Origin: the human T2T-CHM13v2.0 reference genome, Homo sapiens
Assembly: GCF_009914755.1 (NCBI RefSeq)
Contig: NC_060925.1
Strand: one strand, 5' to 3'
Length of the DNA stretch: 64,000 nucleotides
The position numbers and the translations under genes are program-made. This document shows positions 19,696-34,498 of the stretch, piece by piece; the stretch's first letter is position 1; every line of letters begins with the position of its first letter. A model generated the notes under the pieces. The model had not been told where the DNA came from and ran no database searches. It saw only the letters and a program-made list of their open reading frames with translations.

Positions 19696-20759
19696 GCTTT
19701 CTGGTGCAGAAAGCTCTCTGGTGCAGCCAGATTTAACTGATTTAAACAAATGGATTCAAACAATTCAGTGTGTACAATGATGAAAATAAAGATGTCCCAA
19801 TATTGTTTTCTTCTTCAAATATAATAAAGGATACTGTCCTCCCCACCAAGATAACTTTTAAAAACATAATATTTGAAGAAACACAGCCTGGTTGCAGGTT
19901 AGTACAACTCACCAGTGGAATACAAGAAGGTTAATGAAAATAATTAAAGAAGAAATGGGAGCGGCAAAGGGGAATTCTACTGGGAAAAGAGGCTTGTTGG
20001 GTATCCTGGAGGAACCTGGAGGTTCTGAGTGTGGGGCTGATGATTGCCAATCCATTCAATCACATCTTAATCCGCCACTGCTGGGTTGGACCTAGAGCAA
20101 CATAGATTTTTCTGTACCCCCTGCCAAGAGTCTAATAATCCACATCCTTTCTTTTGAAGGGTAGAAATCTCAATAGGATTGAAAACAAGTCACGGAAAAG
20201 GTGCCAGCGGGGGGCTTGTTTCATTATGATAACAAACCAGCTCCTGCTCAAAGAGAAATCGCACTGAATTCCTTGCTGTCTTGTCCTAGTTGATTCCTTT
20301 TTTATCCTAAATATTTACCTTAATCCCTTTAAACTGAGGCCCTCCCGAAGGAATAGTTGCACTTCTTCCTGTATCTGGAGACTACTCTCTTTTGTGGGAT
20401 TCCTTTAGTTGTTGCTATGAGTTTTCTATCCTCTGTAGAGAGGTTTTAGTTGCTTCTTCACTTTCTGGCTCTACATCTTATTTTCATACTAAACTGTTAA
20501 CCTGAATTTACTTTTCTTTTTTGTGTGTGTGCCTTTTTCAAGCCCCTAATATGGAATCCTACAGGTATAGACAGTCTTAAATAGCTAAGTAGGGCATATA
20601 TCTATTCCAGTTAGTTATTGATATAGATTGTGGTCAGACCTAGAGAGAGAAAAATATTCATACTGGGCCCTCTGCTTATACCAACGTTGATTCAGCCACA
20701 GTCTTAGCTCTTGTCATCCTGGTATCAATCAAATAGCAACTGACTCTAGGAGATTTGAA

Positions 20760-22341
20760 AATATAGCATTCCTGAGAAGACTCTGCCAAGACCAGGTTGC
20801 CTTTCTCTGAAGATGGAGAGGATTGTGGTCTTGACCCATGGGACCCAGTTTATTAAGCTGGATAGATAACTGACCCAGGCTGGACCAATCAGACTTGATG
20901 AGAAGACATTTGGAATTGGAACTGAGAGATGCTAGTTAGGCTCTGGTAGTGTTTGAACTGAGACAGGAGACTGCCCCTGTAGACAGCTGTGTTCTGTGCC
21001 TGGGAAAGAGACCTGATGAGAGGACTGATCTGAAGGGGAAAAGAATGCTAATAGCCAGAGATTAGGCATAAGAATCCAGGCACCCCTGATAGGCATGAAA
21101 GGAGTAATGATGCGAGATTTTCCTCAGCCACTTTACCAGCTCCACACCTCTGGCTGACAACACCCTGCCCAGGTCTTTCTCATCCCAGGCATGCTGCAAG
21201 AGTTGTCTTGTCTACTCAGCCCACTGAGCCATGCCTGGCTTGCACTCCAGCACATATCCCGTGGCTGCTGTAACTGTGTGCTCAGTCCCTGAGGGGAGGG
21301 GGTTTGTGAGTGAGCCAGTGTGGGGTCTGGCCAGCCATTCGAAGTGTGGGCACAGGAGCAGGCTCTGTGTGTGGCTTGCAGATGGACCAGGCATGTTGCA
21401 AGCAACAACTCCTATGGTGGACTCTGGTGTCCAGACAAGGGGAATGCAGTGGTGCTCAGGGAGAGGTGCCCATGACCTTGAAGCGCCAGAGGGGCTGTTA
21501 CAGTGTGCTAACTAGCTCTTTTATTCCTGTTGCCCTGCTCCGGCCTGCAGCTCCGGGGCTGGCTCAGTCCCACTGCTATTTCCTGTCACATGGGGTGCCT
21601 GCCCTACACTGGAGGAGGGCAGAGGGCCACGGTATTACAGCCTTCTTTGTGCTGTGTTTGGTGGGTCCTGAGTTCTTGTCCTGCATCCAAGAAGAATGAG
21701 GTTATGCTGACAATCAAAGGGTAAGGAGGGTGGAGAATAATTGTATTGGGCAACGAAACAGCTTTCATCAGAGAAAGGACGTGAGGATGGTCCCCCACCC
21801 AAAGAATATTTAACCTCTCCCATTGTGGCTGGGTCTGGTGCTTTTATGGGCTCAGAATGGGAGGGGGTAGGTGCTGATTGGTTTGTGAGTATGCAAAAAA
21901 AAAGGCTAAAACCAAGGTACCACCCAAGGGTGGGCACGACAGTGTCAAAAACAAATTAGGGAAGAGTAGGCATATCTAAAATATGTGAAGGGTGGAGATC
22001 AATCAGAGGAAAGCACACCAAATAGGAAGACAGGCTCAAAATCCAGTCCATGGATTTGCCTGGGACTTGTAGCTAGGCTTTAAACTGTCTTTGGCTTGAA
22101 GGTCATGTTTCACCTGACACCTGCTCTTGTCTGCTTAGGATTTGTCTGCCTCCTGCCACTATCAGTAAGTTAAAACCTTGTAGTTCCAGTTTATAGTACT
22201 AGTTCTGGAGTGGTCCCCCATACTTGCTTACCTAGGGATCTGTGAGATAGCCCCATGTCTCTATCATAAATCTATCTTTTTAATTACACTTGCTTAATTG
22301 GGATTCTATTATGGGAAACACAAAGACCTCTGAAAAAGACA
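20760..22341 (+). mobile_element. ERVL LTR16-like LTR split by a younger ERV1 LTR
   Basis: gacccaggctggaccaatcag..tttggaattggaactgagaga on the left; resumes after 22168 to ..cacaaagacctctgaaaaagaca. Confidence 0.6.
21108..22164 (-). mobile_element. ERV1 solo LTR, LTR27/LTR28 (LTR1/MER52-related) type
   Basis: Minus-strand start TGATAGTGGCAGGAGGCAGACAAATCC; ends ..TCA; 1057 bp; 4-bp TSD gtaa at 21104-07 and 22165-68; GC-rich body explains the ORF cluster here. Confidence 0.85.
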
Positions 22342-23610
22342 ATTGGTTTCACGATGGTCATAGAATCCTGCTATCTCTTAGCTTGACTAGATTATAGATA
22401 TTTAATTAGACTCACTCATTTTACACATGACAAAACTGAGGCCTGTAAGTAATGTATTCATGGTTGTAAAAGATAATTAATGGCAAAACTGAGACTAGAA
22501 ACACAGATGAGTGGTAAGAAGGGCTGGCAATCTCCAACACAAACAGAAAAGCATAATTAGGGACAGAGTACTGGAACCAAAGTCAGAGCATATGGAATGT
22601 TAGTCCTTTCTTAAAGACTCACTAGCTGTGTAACCTTGAGTATGTTTTTGGAGCTTTGGATTTGTATCTATTAATGAGAAGTTTGGGGCATATGTTCTAT
22701 CTGATCCTCTCTGACTCTAAAATGATATGATTCTAAGCAGTGCCTCCAAACACAAAGTGAACTGGGTATTGGGAATAATTATCTAGAAAATGTGAATATG
22801 GTTGTTTGAGGAAGAAATAAAGCAGTTCACGCAGGTTGAGTGTCCAAGTGTTAAACTGAAAATGCTATTTTACAGCTAAAAGTTTCCTATTGAAGTCAGT
22901 CAGGGAGTCCCCAAAGTGGTAGGTTTACTTTGTGAGTTTTTCATATCAATTCAAGGCGTAAACTGATTATGTGTGTAAACAGTGAGTTTGTCTTGAGAAG
23001 CTGTCTGGAAAGTATCCAGAATCAGACAGATGCCACAATGGCATTTCTTCTTTCAGCTAGTAGGACTATTGGTGAAAGGTTAACAGTAAATCATTTGGCC
23101 TCCTGGATATTTGAAGAAATAGAATGAACTGAAATAAATCTCTCTCCCCAAACTTCTCTTTCCCACCTCCCACCTCTCAGCTAATCATATTATGCTTGTT
23201 GAATGAGTGAATGTGAATATGAGAGATTTTTTTTTTTACTTCCACTCATAAAGGATATAGAACAAAGAGATTACCAATGAAGTGAGAAGTTTTCATCTCC
23301 AAAATTTTAAGCTCTTGAGAACACACATAATATACACTCATCAGCATATATACATGGGACCTTGAACAGCATAAAATTCCCCCCGTAAGATACACAATAC
23401 AACTACCAATTCCCTCTGCTGGCATATATAGGGATAACTTTCCAGTAGGCCACATCTGTATTTGAGTTCCTTTATCTGCCCCTTCCTGAGGCCTTTCTCA
23501 GCCAGTGATGAAGCTCTAATTACCAAATTCAGTAACCTTTCCTAGGTCTCTTTTTCAGGTATCACTTTTGCTGATTTGACACATTTGCCATTTTTTCTTC
23601 TTGGAACTCT

Positions 23611-23906
23611 CTTTTTTTTTTTTTTTTTTTTTGAGATGGAGCCTTGCTCTGTCACCCAGGCTGGATTGCAGTGGTACAATCTTGGCTCACTGCAAACCTC
23701 CGCCTCCTGTGCTCAAGCAATTCTCCTGCCTCAGCCTCCCGAGTAGCTGGGACCACAGGCACATGCCACCACACCTAACTGATGTTTGTATTTTTAGTAG
23801 AGATGGGGTTTCATCATGTTGGTCAGGCTAGGCTTGAACTTCTGACCTCACCCACCTCGGCCTCCCAAAGTGCTGGGATTACAGGTGTGAGCCACCACAC
23901 TCAGCC
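23611..23906 (-). mobile_element. AluS
   Basis: 15-bp TSD tcttcttggaactct at 23596-23610 and 23907-23921; small left-arm deletion. Confidence 0.95.
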
Positions 23907-25704
23907 TCTTCTTGGAACTCTTTTTCCCTCAGTTTGTACGTCATTGCAATTCCTTGATTCAGTTAATCCTGACTACCCTTCCTGTCTTCATCAATTCTTC
24001 TTCCAATTCTCACCTTCTAGATGTGGCCATTCCTAAAAGTTTGCCCTTGCCTCTTTTCCCTCAAATCCAACTAAGCTCTTTGGTTGTTTCATCAACTCCT
24101 GGTATAGTTAACTTTAAACGATCATTCAGTGATGTGAGGAGGAGGAGGAGGCTGGGGGTGCATAGAAAAAGTAATGGTGAAAGAAATTTTGGAGGCAGAA
24201 TATTTAACCTTGGTTTGATGTGGGGTATCTGATATGGAGAAATTGATGTAAATCCAACTTTAATATTCCCTACACCATCTTGAATAAAGACAAAGATTAC
24301 TCAATAGTCCATATATGTGAATGTATGCTTTTTGTTTGTTTGCTTTTATTTTTGCAATTGAATAATTTTAAGTTTTAGCATCTGGGTAAATACAGTGTGG
24401 TCCTGATAGTACGTGTGGAAACCAAAGACTGGAAAAAGAGTGGATATTTATACATTAAGTCCTGAAGAATTTTCACACATCTTTTAGAGGCTTTAGATTT
24501 CCCCAGGAAGTACAAAAATACGTGTTGTTTGGGTAAAATCTACCTAGCTGTAAATGGCAAGGAATTCAAGTGACATCTAAATTATACTATAACTATTTAC
24601 AGGTATAAACCTAAACTCATTATCCTTTCTCCACCTCTGGAATGTTTCTCCTCCAGGATTATAAATTTCTCTCAGTAGTTTCATTCATTTCCCCTCATCT
24701 AACAGTGATTCACAAACTGATTGCAGTTGTGAATGGAGCTAAGGCAGCTCAAAATCAACAGTAGGTGAGGCTTGAACCTGGTCAAATTTGGGCTAGATTG
24801 TTCCCTTACAGATGTAAATCTAGATGTAGATGTAAGAAAATCAAAGGTGGATAATCAAGAAATGAAATGTAGATGACAGGAGTGAAGCTGGACAAATCAG
24901 TAAGTAAAGAAGTAAAGATAAAACTCAGAATTAAAAATAAAGCAAAAATCTGTTATCTCCAAATCTAAGTGAAATTGTCAACTTAGGTACTGCTCTAGTT
25001 GGTTTTTAATTCCTGTCATTCTGTATATGTTTCCACCCCATAGAGTTCCCTGTACATATTCATAGTAGCATTGATCACTGCATGAAATTTGTATTTCACT
25101 TTTCCTTCTTTCCTTCTCCTTTGCCCTTGACTTTTGTATCCAGTTGAGTCTTCCTTCACCAGTTCTCTCAGTTCTCTTCTTTTCACTTCTTCTACAAGGC
25201 CTTTGTTCAGGTGCTGACCACCTTATTTTTAAAAGTTTGAAATAAATCTTCTGTGTTCTTTGTTCTCACTCTAGATATCCCGTCATGGACACTTCACAAT
25301 TCACATTGTTACAAAGGCTTGTTCATGGCACTTACCTGCTCAAAAATATTTAGAAATTCCTTATTGACTGTGGCTAAAAACATCCAATCTCATTCTTTAA
25401 GGCCTTAAAAAATCTTCCTCTACTTGGCTTTAAGTCTTAGCTTCTATTATCCTCTATATATTCTACCTTAAAAAATGTGTCTTCTTTTTTTCATTTCTCA
25501 AATATGTCTTGTTTTTACACACATTCTTCTTTCTTGAAGTTTCCTCCCTATTATATCTAGTTGTAGAAATCTTAACAATTTTTGAAGATTCAATTGAAAC
25601 AAGGTTTGTATTCATTCTACAAATTCTTTTTTAATGCTTACCAAATTCCAGACTAAGTGCAGCATGCTGAGAAAACAAATGTATGGCATTTTCCCTACTA
25701 AAAT

Positions 25705-25870
25705 AGAAATATATGATTCCTTAGAATATGCTAACATGTAATATGATTATATTACACAATATAACATATATTATGTGTTGGTATATTACATAATATGTAT
25801 ATTATATATTACATATATAACATATGTATATTATAAGGTAGTTACGTACTATAATATATATTATATTACA
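25705..25870. repeat. AT-rich degenerate (TA)n low-complexity tract
   Basis: Directly visible. Confidence 0.8.
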
Positions 25871-27782
25871 GTAAGAAACTATAGTATCACACATCTTAAT
25901 CCAACCTGGGGAAGGCTTTTTGGAAGGGGTTTCTCTTAAGCAGGGTACTGAAGAAGTGTACCAGGAAAAGAACAGCAATTGGGTGTTAGAGATTTTTTTT
26001 TCATGAAAAGGAGCAAGTCTATTAAGAACATGAGTGATATGAGTTTACCCAGAATCCCATGAGTATATTAAGCCGGTTGCTCTAGCCAGACATTGTCTTT
26101 TTCCTCTTCAAACTATTACTCATACTACGCATAAGATATTTTAAATGTTCTCTGTATATACTGGTTTTGTCCGTTTCTCTCTAATTCTCATGAAAGGCAG
26201 AGATTATTTCCTACATCTTCATGCATGTTTCTCTCCCAAGAGTAGCGGTGCACACTTAGTAGATGTTCAATATTCAATAAATAGGAGTTGAACAAATAAA
26301 AGCTGGCATAGGCTGGGTATGTGACTCCTCCTTCATGGGTTGGTTTTCCTACTTGTCCCCTACATTGAGGAAAATAAAAACCTGACCATTCTAGGGGCAT
26401 CGTGTCACTCAAACAAAAGTGGGAAACTGCAAGTAAATGTCATAGAGAGAAAGGTAGTGGGGTTTGATGGATTTTTTTTTACCTAACAGGGGAGCTCAGA
26501 ATTCTGTTCTGTGGATTTAAGACAAGGGCTTTTTGGTTTTTGAGTGCAGGAAATTGAAAAGTTACGCACAATGGGTTTTCTGACTGGCATCTTGAAAGAG
26601 AAGGACATATTCAGGGTTCTTCTAAATGTAGAAATGTTATAATAAAATTTATATTACTGGAATGCTATAATTTTAAAATCTTAAGTTTTAAAGGTTAAAA
26701 AATTCATAGAGAAGGCTGACCATGCTACTTACTTCTGCCCCCTTGGCAACTGTTTGGATTACTTGTAACCCATGTGTGGAGAAGTCAGCCCTTAGAGAGC
26801 TTGTTACCACGTGTTAGGAAGTGAACTGAGGTCTCCTGATGTAGTGTTGTTAGGTGTCTGACATTTTCTCTTCAAACCAGAAGAATCTAATATGGTGAAA
26901 GCCAAAAGAAATAGACATTTTATTGTGTTTACATTTTCCTCAATTCTGCCACCAGCCCTCCTCACCACCACACGACTGATGCCATGAACCCATCATCAAC
27001 CTGGATCAGCTGCATAAGGTTACTGCCCTGCAGAAGGAGGACAGTGTCACATCACCACCATCAATCATTCTGATTTACTCCTGCAGTCGCTAAATTCTCA
27101 TGTCTCCGTTCTTTACATCCTCTTTGCTAACATGTCTCTCCAAACTAGCTCCTAACTTTTTACCTAATTTACCTGAACATCTTTTCTCCCAAATCTTCTC
27201 AATAGACTATTCCTATATTTCTTAATGATACAACTATTTTCCCAGCTACCTAAACTAGAAAATGTGGAATATGACTTGGACTGCAAGCATACTTTATATC
27301 TTTAATATCTGGAAAGTCTAGCCCCTTATTTTCACTTCTGTTTTCCATATTTTAATTGAACTACCTAGTTTTTGCTGAGCTGCATTGCTGTGATACTCTT
27401 CTAACTGCTTTTTCTGTCTCTTCTCCATTTTCTCATTTGGAATACTCTTTCCAACTATTCCTTCAGTTGCAGATTGAGTGATAACATTCTGCTACTCTAC
27501 ATCTTTCAATAACTTCCTGTTTATCCACAAACTGCATAAAAGATTCTTCCTTCAGACATTCAAGGTCATTTCTACTAAGTCTTTCGTTTCACTTTCCCAG
27601 GCAGTGGAGGAACTAAGAGCATGGCTTCTGTGGAGAGATATGTGGATTCAAACTGTGTCTGTCTTTTACTTGCTGAGTGATTTGAACAAGTTACTCAACC
27701 TGCCAGTCCTTCAATTTCCACATTTATAAAATAAAGTGACTGGTAATTACCACAGAGACTGGATGATAATTAAATGACTTAG

Positions 27783-28181
27783 TGCTAAAATTTGAATGTG
27801 TCTCCTAAAGTTCATGTGTTGGAAGCTTATTCTCCAATGTAACAGTGTTAAGAGGTGAGACCTTTAAGAAGTGATTAGGTCATGACGGCTTTGCCTTCAT
27901 GAATGGATTAATGCTATTATTGAGGGAGTATGTTAATTATCGTAGGAAGAGGTTTCTGATAAAAGGAAGGGTTCAGCCATCTTTGCTTTTCTTTCTCATG
28001 CAGATTATTTTGCCCTTCTGCCTTCTTCCATGGGAAATACAGCAAGAAAGCCCTCGCCACATGCAGCCCCTCCATGTTGGACTTCCCAGTCTTCAGAACC
28101 ATGAGCCAAATAAACTTCTATTGTTTATAAATTACTAAGTCTCAGGCATCTTGTTACAGGAGCACAAAATGGACTAAGACA
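27783..28181 (+). mobile_element. MaLR solo LTR (MSTD/MSTC-like) inserted in a MIR
   Basis: tgctaaaatttgaatgtg ... caaaatggactaagaca; near-TSD cttag/tttag; MIR sequence at about 27600-27780 and 28182-28260. Confidence 0.88.
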
Positions 28182-29669
28182 TTTAGTAATGTGAAATGCA
28201 TTGAAGTATGCTTTGTACATGATAAGCACTGATTAAATATTAAAGATCCTTATTAGTATCTTGCATTGTTACCTCTCTTATAATAATTTAAAAGTTATAA
28301 AACCAAAAGCCTTCGAACTGTAAAAAGAGACTTTGAGGTCTTCATTTCACTAATAATAAAAGTGAAGTCCAAAAAGATTAAAAAACTTTCTCAGGGCAAC
28401 ACAGCAACTTAATGACAGGTGAGAAACATGACCCTGTTTTCTGACCAGTGTTTTAAGGCTTTCACTGTTCTAGTCACTGATAATTTGTGGTGACCCACAC
28501 TGAAATCAGTGATTCATTTCACAGATAAAATATAAATTAAAAGTTCATAAGCCTATGAATTGGTAGACTAAAAACCATGGAAACAAACATCTGTGAGTAA
28601 TAATCTTAGACTATTTTTCTCATATAGAGAGAGAGAGTCTAAGCAACTAATAATCTGACAGCTTCAGGTTTCAATTCTGAAAGCTGAGTATGAAAGCATC
28701 CGAGAGTGTATATGCTTTCTTAGAGTAGTATGTTTTTCAATTTCATATAGCAAGTTTTATTGTTGTTTATTTTTAAAGAACATTATCCACATATTTTCTG
28801 CTCTACATTTGCAGTTAATCAAGAGTTCACTCTATTGGATTTTTGATTGTTCATTAAAAATCTCTTTTCTGGGGCATAAATTAAGAGCAGTGTATGCAAG
28901 TTTGTCAGTTTTACTTGTATCTTATTTGCATTGCAAGTCTAGATACACACTGATCAGCTGCCATCACTTTTTTCCTTCTCTACAAGGCTAAGTCGTCAAG
29001 TTATTACCATCTGTTATTCCAGGATTCACATTCTCTGAAATTCTCTGATTATATAAGACTTAAGTTTAAGGTACAGTGAACAGCTGAAGGGCCCCATCCT
29101 TCCCATTCCAGGTTGCTAGACCATGCAGAATCTAACTGTTCAACTCAAGTTCCCTAAATGCTTGGCATATTACAACATTTGTCTTTATTTTTCATTAAAA
29201 AAATCATCAGTGGTAACATTGCTGTTTTTGTCACAATAATATTTGTAACTCTGGCTGGAGTGCAAAATATTATAGTTATAATTTCTTTTAGTCATTCTAT
29301 TTTTTAAAGGAATAAGAGTCTATGAAAAAGTCAGAATGAAAAGAAAGTCCCAAATGGATGATAGAATAAAATTATAAAAGGTTAAATAGAATAAGCTTTA
29401 GCTCCTAAAATACAATAACAAAAATAATACCTTTGCAAATATGTACTGTGTGTAAACTACTTCATCTCCAATCCTTGCAGCAATCCTGCATAAATAAGGA
29501 TTATCATCATTATTCTAGAAATAAGGCACTCAGGCTGAAGTATTAGTGGTTTGCAAGGACATAGAGCCAGTATTTGCCAAAATATCATTTTTTTTCCACA
29601 GGTTTGCCTAAGTCCAAATTTTGTTCTCTCTCCATCATTGCATACAGCATCCATAGCTCATTTCCTTTC

Positions 29670-29700
<31 letters not shown>

Positions 29701-30905
29701 AGCAAACAAAAAAAAAACCTTAGACAAAATGTTTCTCTCAAGTTGGGTTCTGGGTTAGGAACATGATGCCTATATGCATTCCTACCATTTGCATCATTAC
29801 ACAAACCTTTTAAAATCTTTTTCTTTTTAAGTCAAACTTCCCTTTCTTTATTTTTAGATGATGTACAGTTTCAAATTTAAAAAACTATAACAACAACAAA
29901 ACTCAAAACTTTGCAGGAAGGAAACTTTGAAGTTTTAATGATTTGGTGAGCATGTGGCAAGATAAACCTCCCCAGGCTATGAGAGGTTATTACAAAAAGG
30001 GACAAATAATCTTTAAAAATTATGAACACAAGTCATACCCCTAAAGGTAACATAAAATATTGCATTAAGTGGATTTTGCAGTAGAGGAAAGCTGAAAAAT
30101 AATAGGAATTGGAGTAATCCACAGGAAATGAAACTATCCACGTACTGAAACAAGGATAACTAGCCTTAAAACTACAGTCTTGATTCCAGGTGTTCAAACC
30201 CTATGTCTGTATAATCATTATGAATAAGATTCTTCAACCTCTGAAATAAATTAATAAATACATTTAAAAGCAACTTTAAATTAATTTTTGATTAATAAAA
30301 AAATAGTGCCAGGAATGAAGAAATAAGAGAAGAATTGACACTCCGCCTTGTGACTGACATTGGATTTAGTAAAACATATTACAAAACTTTGTATAATGAA
30401 ACCAGGCCACCTTTAGTGTTTAGAGTTCAGGGTCAAGATTTTGACAGCATAAAATTATGCGGCAACAATCCAACTTGTGTAAATCAGATTTCTTTTTCAT
30501 AATCAGATATTTTCATCCATGCCTTTCGGGATCAGAAGAGTTTCGTGGCACACTCAGGAAATGACATCAACTGTAATTAGCGGCAAGGGGTCTTCAACTA
30601 AAGAAAGAAAACGTTCAGATCCAAAAAATAACAACAGTGGCTAATGGAGAATGAATGATTCCAAAAGTCAGAAAAATGAAGGCAAAGCTCCTATTTTTGA
30701 TCCTTAGAGAAAATATGGAAAAAATGAAAATAATGTCCAGCCTGCTGTAAGAAGATTCTGTTTGGCTAGAAAGTGACCAAGATGAACTTAAAAGACACAT
30801 CAACAATTTATGGTAGAAGAAATAACAACCTTAGTTCATCTAGGTCTGAAAATCCTTTTCCTGTGAATATCTATGTTGAAAAAGTTTTTTAAAAAGCATT
30901 TCCTG

Positions 30906-31206
30906 GGGTGGGCACGGTGACTCACGTCTGTAATCCCAGCACTTTGGGAGGCTGAGGTGGGTGGATTACTTGAGGCCAGGAGTTCTACACCAGCCTGGGG
31001 AACATAGTGAAACCCCATCTCTACTAAAAGTACAAACATTAACTGGGTGTGGTGGCATGTGCCTGTAATCCCAGCTACTCAGTAGGCTGAGGCACTACAA
31101 TCAATAATTGCTTGAACCCGGGAGGCAGAGGTTACAGTGAGCGGAGATTTCATCACTGCACTCCAGCCTGGGTGACAGAGCAAGACTCTGTCACCTAAAA
31201 AAAAAA
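30906..31206 (+). mobile_element. Alu (J/S-type), left member of an inverted pair
   Basis: Full dimer; left flank aaaaagcattt (30891-30901) recurs at 31475-31485. Confidence 0.93.
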
Positions 31207-31207
31207 G

Positions 31208-31472
31208 TTTTTTGTTTTTTTTTTTTTGAGACAGAGTCTTGCTCTGTTGCTCAGGCTGGTGTGCAGTGGTTCAAGAAATTCTCCTGACTCAGCCTCCGGA
31301 GTAGCTGGGATTACAGGCACCCACCACCACGCCCAGCTAATTTTTGTATTTTTAGCAGAGATGGGGTTTCACCATGTGGCCAATCTTGTCTTGAACTCCT
31401 GACCTCAAGCAGTCTGCCTACCTCAGCCTCCCAAAGTCCTGGGATTACAGGCATGAGCCACCACACTCAGCC
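31208..31472 (-). mobile_element. AluS with right-arm deletion, right member of the inverted pair
   Basis: Poly-T then gagacagagtcttgctctg; junction gcagtg|gttcaag shows loss of about 35 nt. Confidence 0.93.
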
Positions 31473-32439
31473 AAAAAAAGCATTTGTTTTCAGCTTTTTC
31501 TTATCTCATATATAAGGATGCAGATTATTAAGTCATTTTTATATCTTTTTCCCCCACCACACTAGAATCAAGTCTTCCTGGAATCTATACTCTGAATCTC
31601 ATAACCACTTTCCTACTCTAGAACCTCACTCTTTCCTGAGCTTAGCGTAGTGCCCAGTGACAGAGTGTGTGCTGCACAAATATGGACTGAATTAATGAAT
31701 GATGGTGTCTGTCCATAATGTGTCTGTCACAGTCTATCTTGTGTCTGTCACTGTTCTAGGAATTGAGACCAATGAGAAAGATAGTCACTGGCTTCAAAGA
31801 CATCCACCCGGGAGACAGAAAAAGAAACCACAAAATACAATGCAATAAGCAATTTGTTTTTCATTTTTTTCCTTCTCTTTTCTTACAATGCAATAAGCAA
31901 TTTGATAGTTATTCACAGGGTGCTCTTAAAGTAGGAAATTCAAGTAACCCAACTTAAAGAGGGGAATTTAGAATAATTTCTCTGTGTTTGAGTGGAGTCT
32001 TAAAGGATATGTAGATGTTAACAGAAGAAAAGAAAAGAAATAGGTGAGAGGTCTTTTAGGTGGAGGTGAGACTCATCAGAGTATTTTTTTATGCCTAGAA
32101 CATAAATACATGTTGAATGGCCAGAGATAAGCTAGAAAAGTGGTCAGTGGTTAGACCATGAAAGAACTTACATGCCAACCAAAAAAAAAAAAAAAAAGTT
32201 TATCTTCTTTTTCTCAATATAATTGGCAAAAAAAAAAATTGGATGATAACCAGATTCACATCATATATAGGTCATCCTCACAGCAGTTTGTGGTATATGA
32301 GTTCAAGACTTGAGAGAGGGAGACTTTTGAAATGACCTAAGGAAAAAAATTATGTGAATTTTCTAAACCAAGGACCAAGGTCAGGGCAAAAGGGAAAGGA
32401 AGAGTGCTATATTATTCTCCTATAAAGAACATGGAGTCT

Positions 32440-34498
<2,059 letters not shown>

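Noticed and set aside
21133-21959. Cluster of overlapping ORFs in GC-rich DNA suggesting a gene or CpG island
   Set aside because: Lies entirely inside a TSD-flanked solo LTR; CpGs largely decayed.
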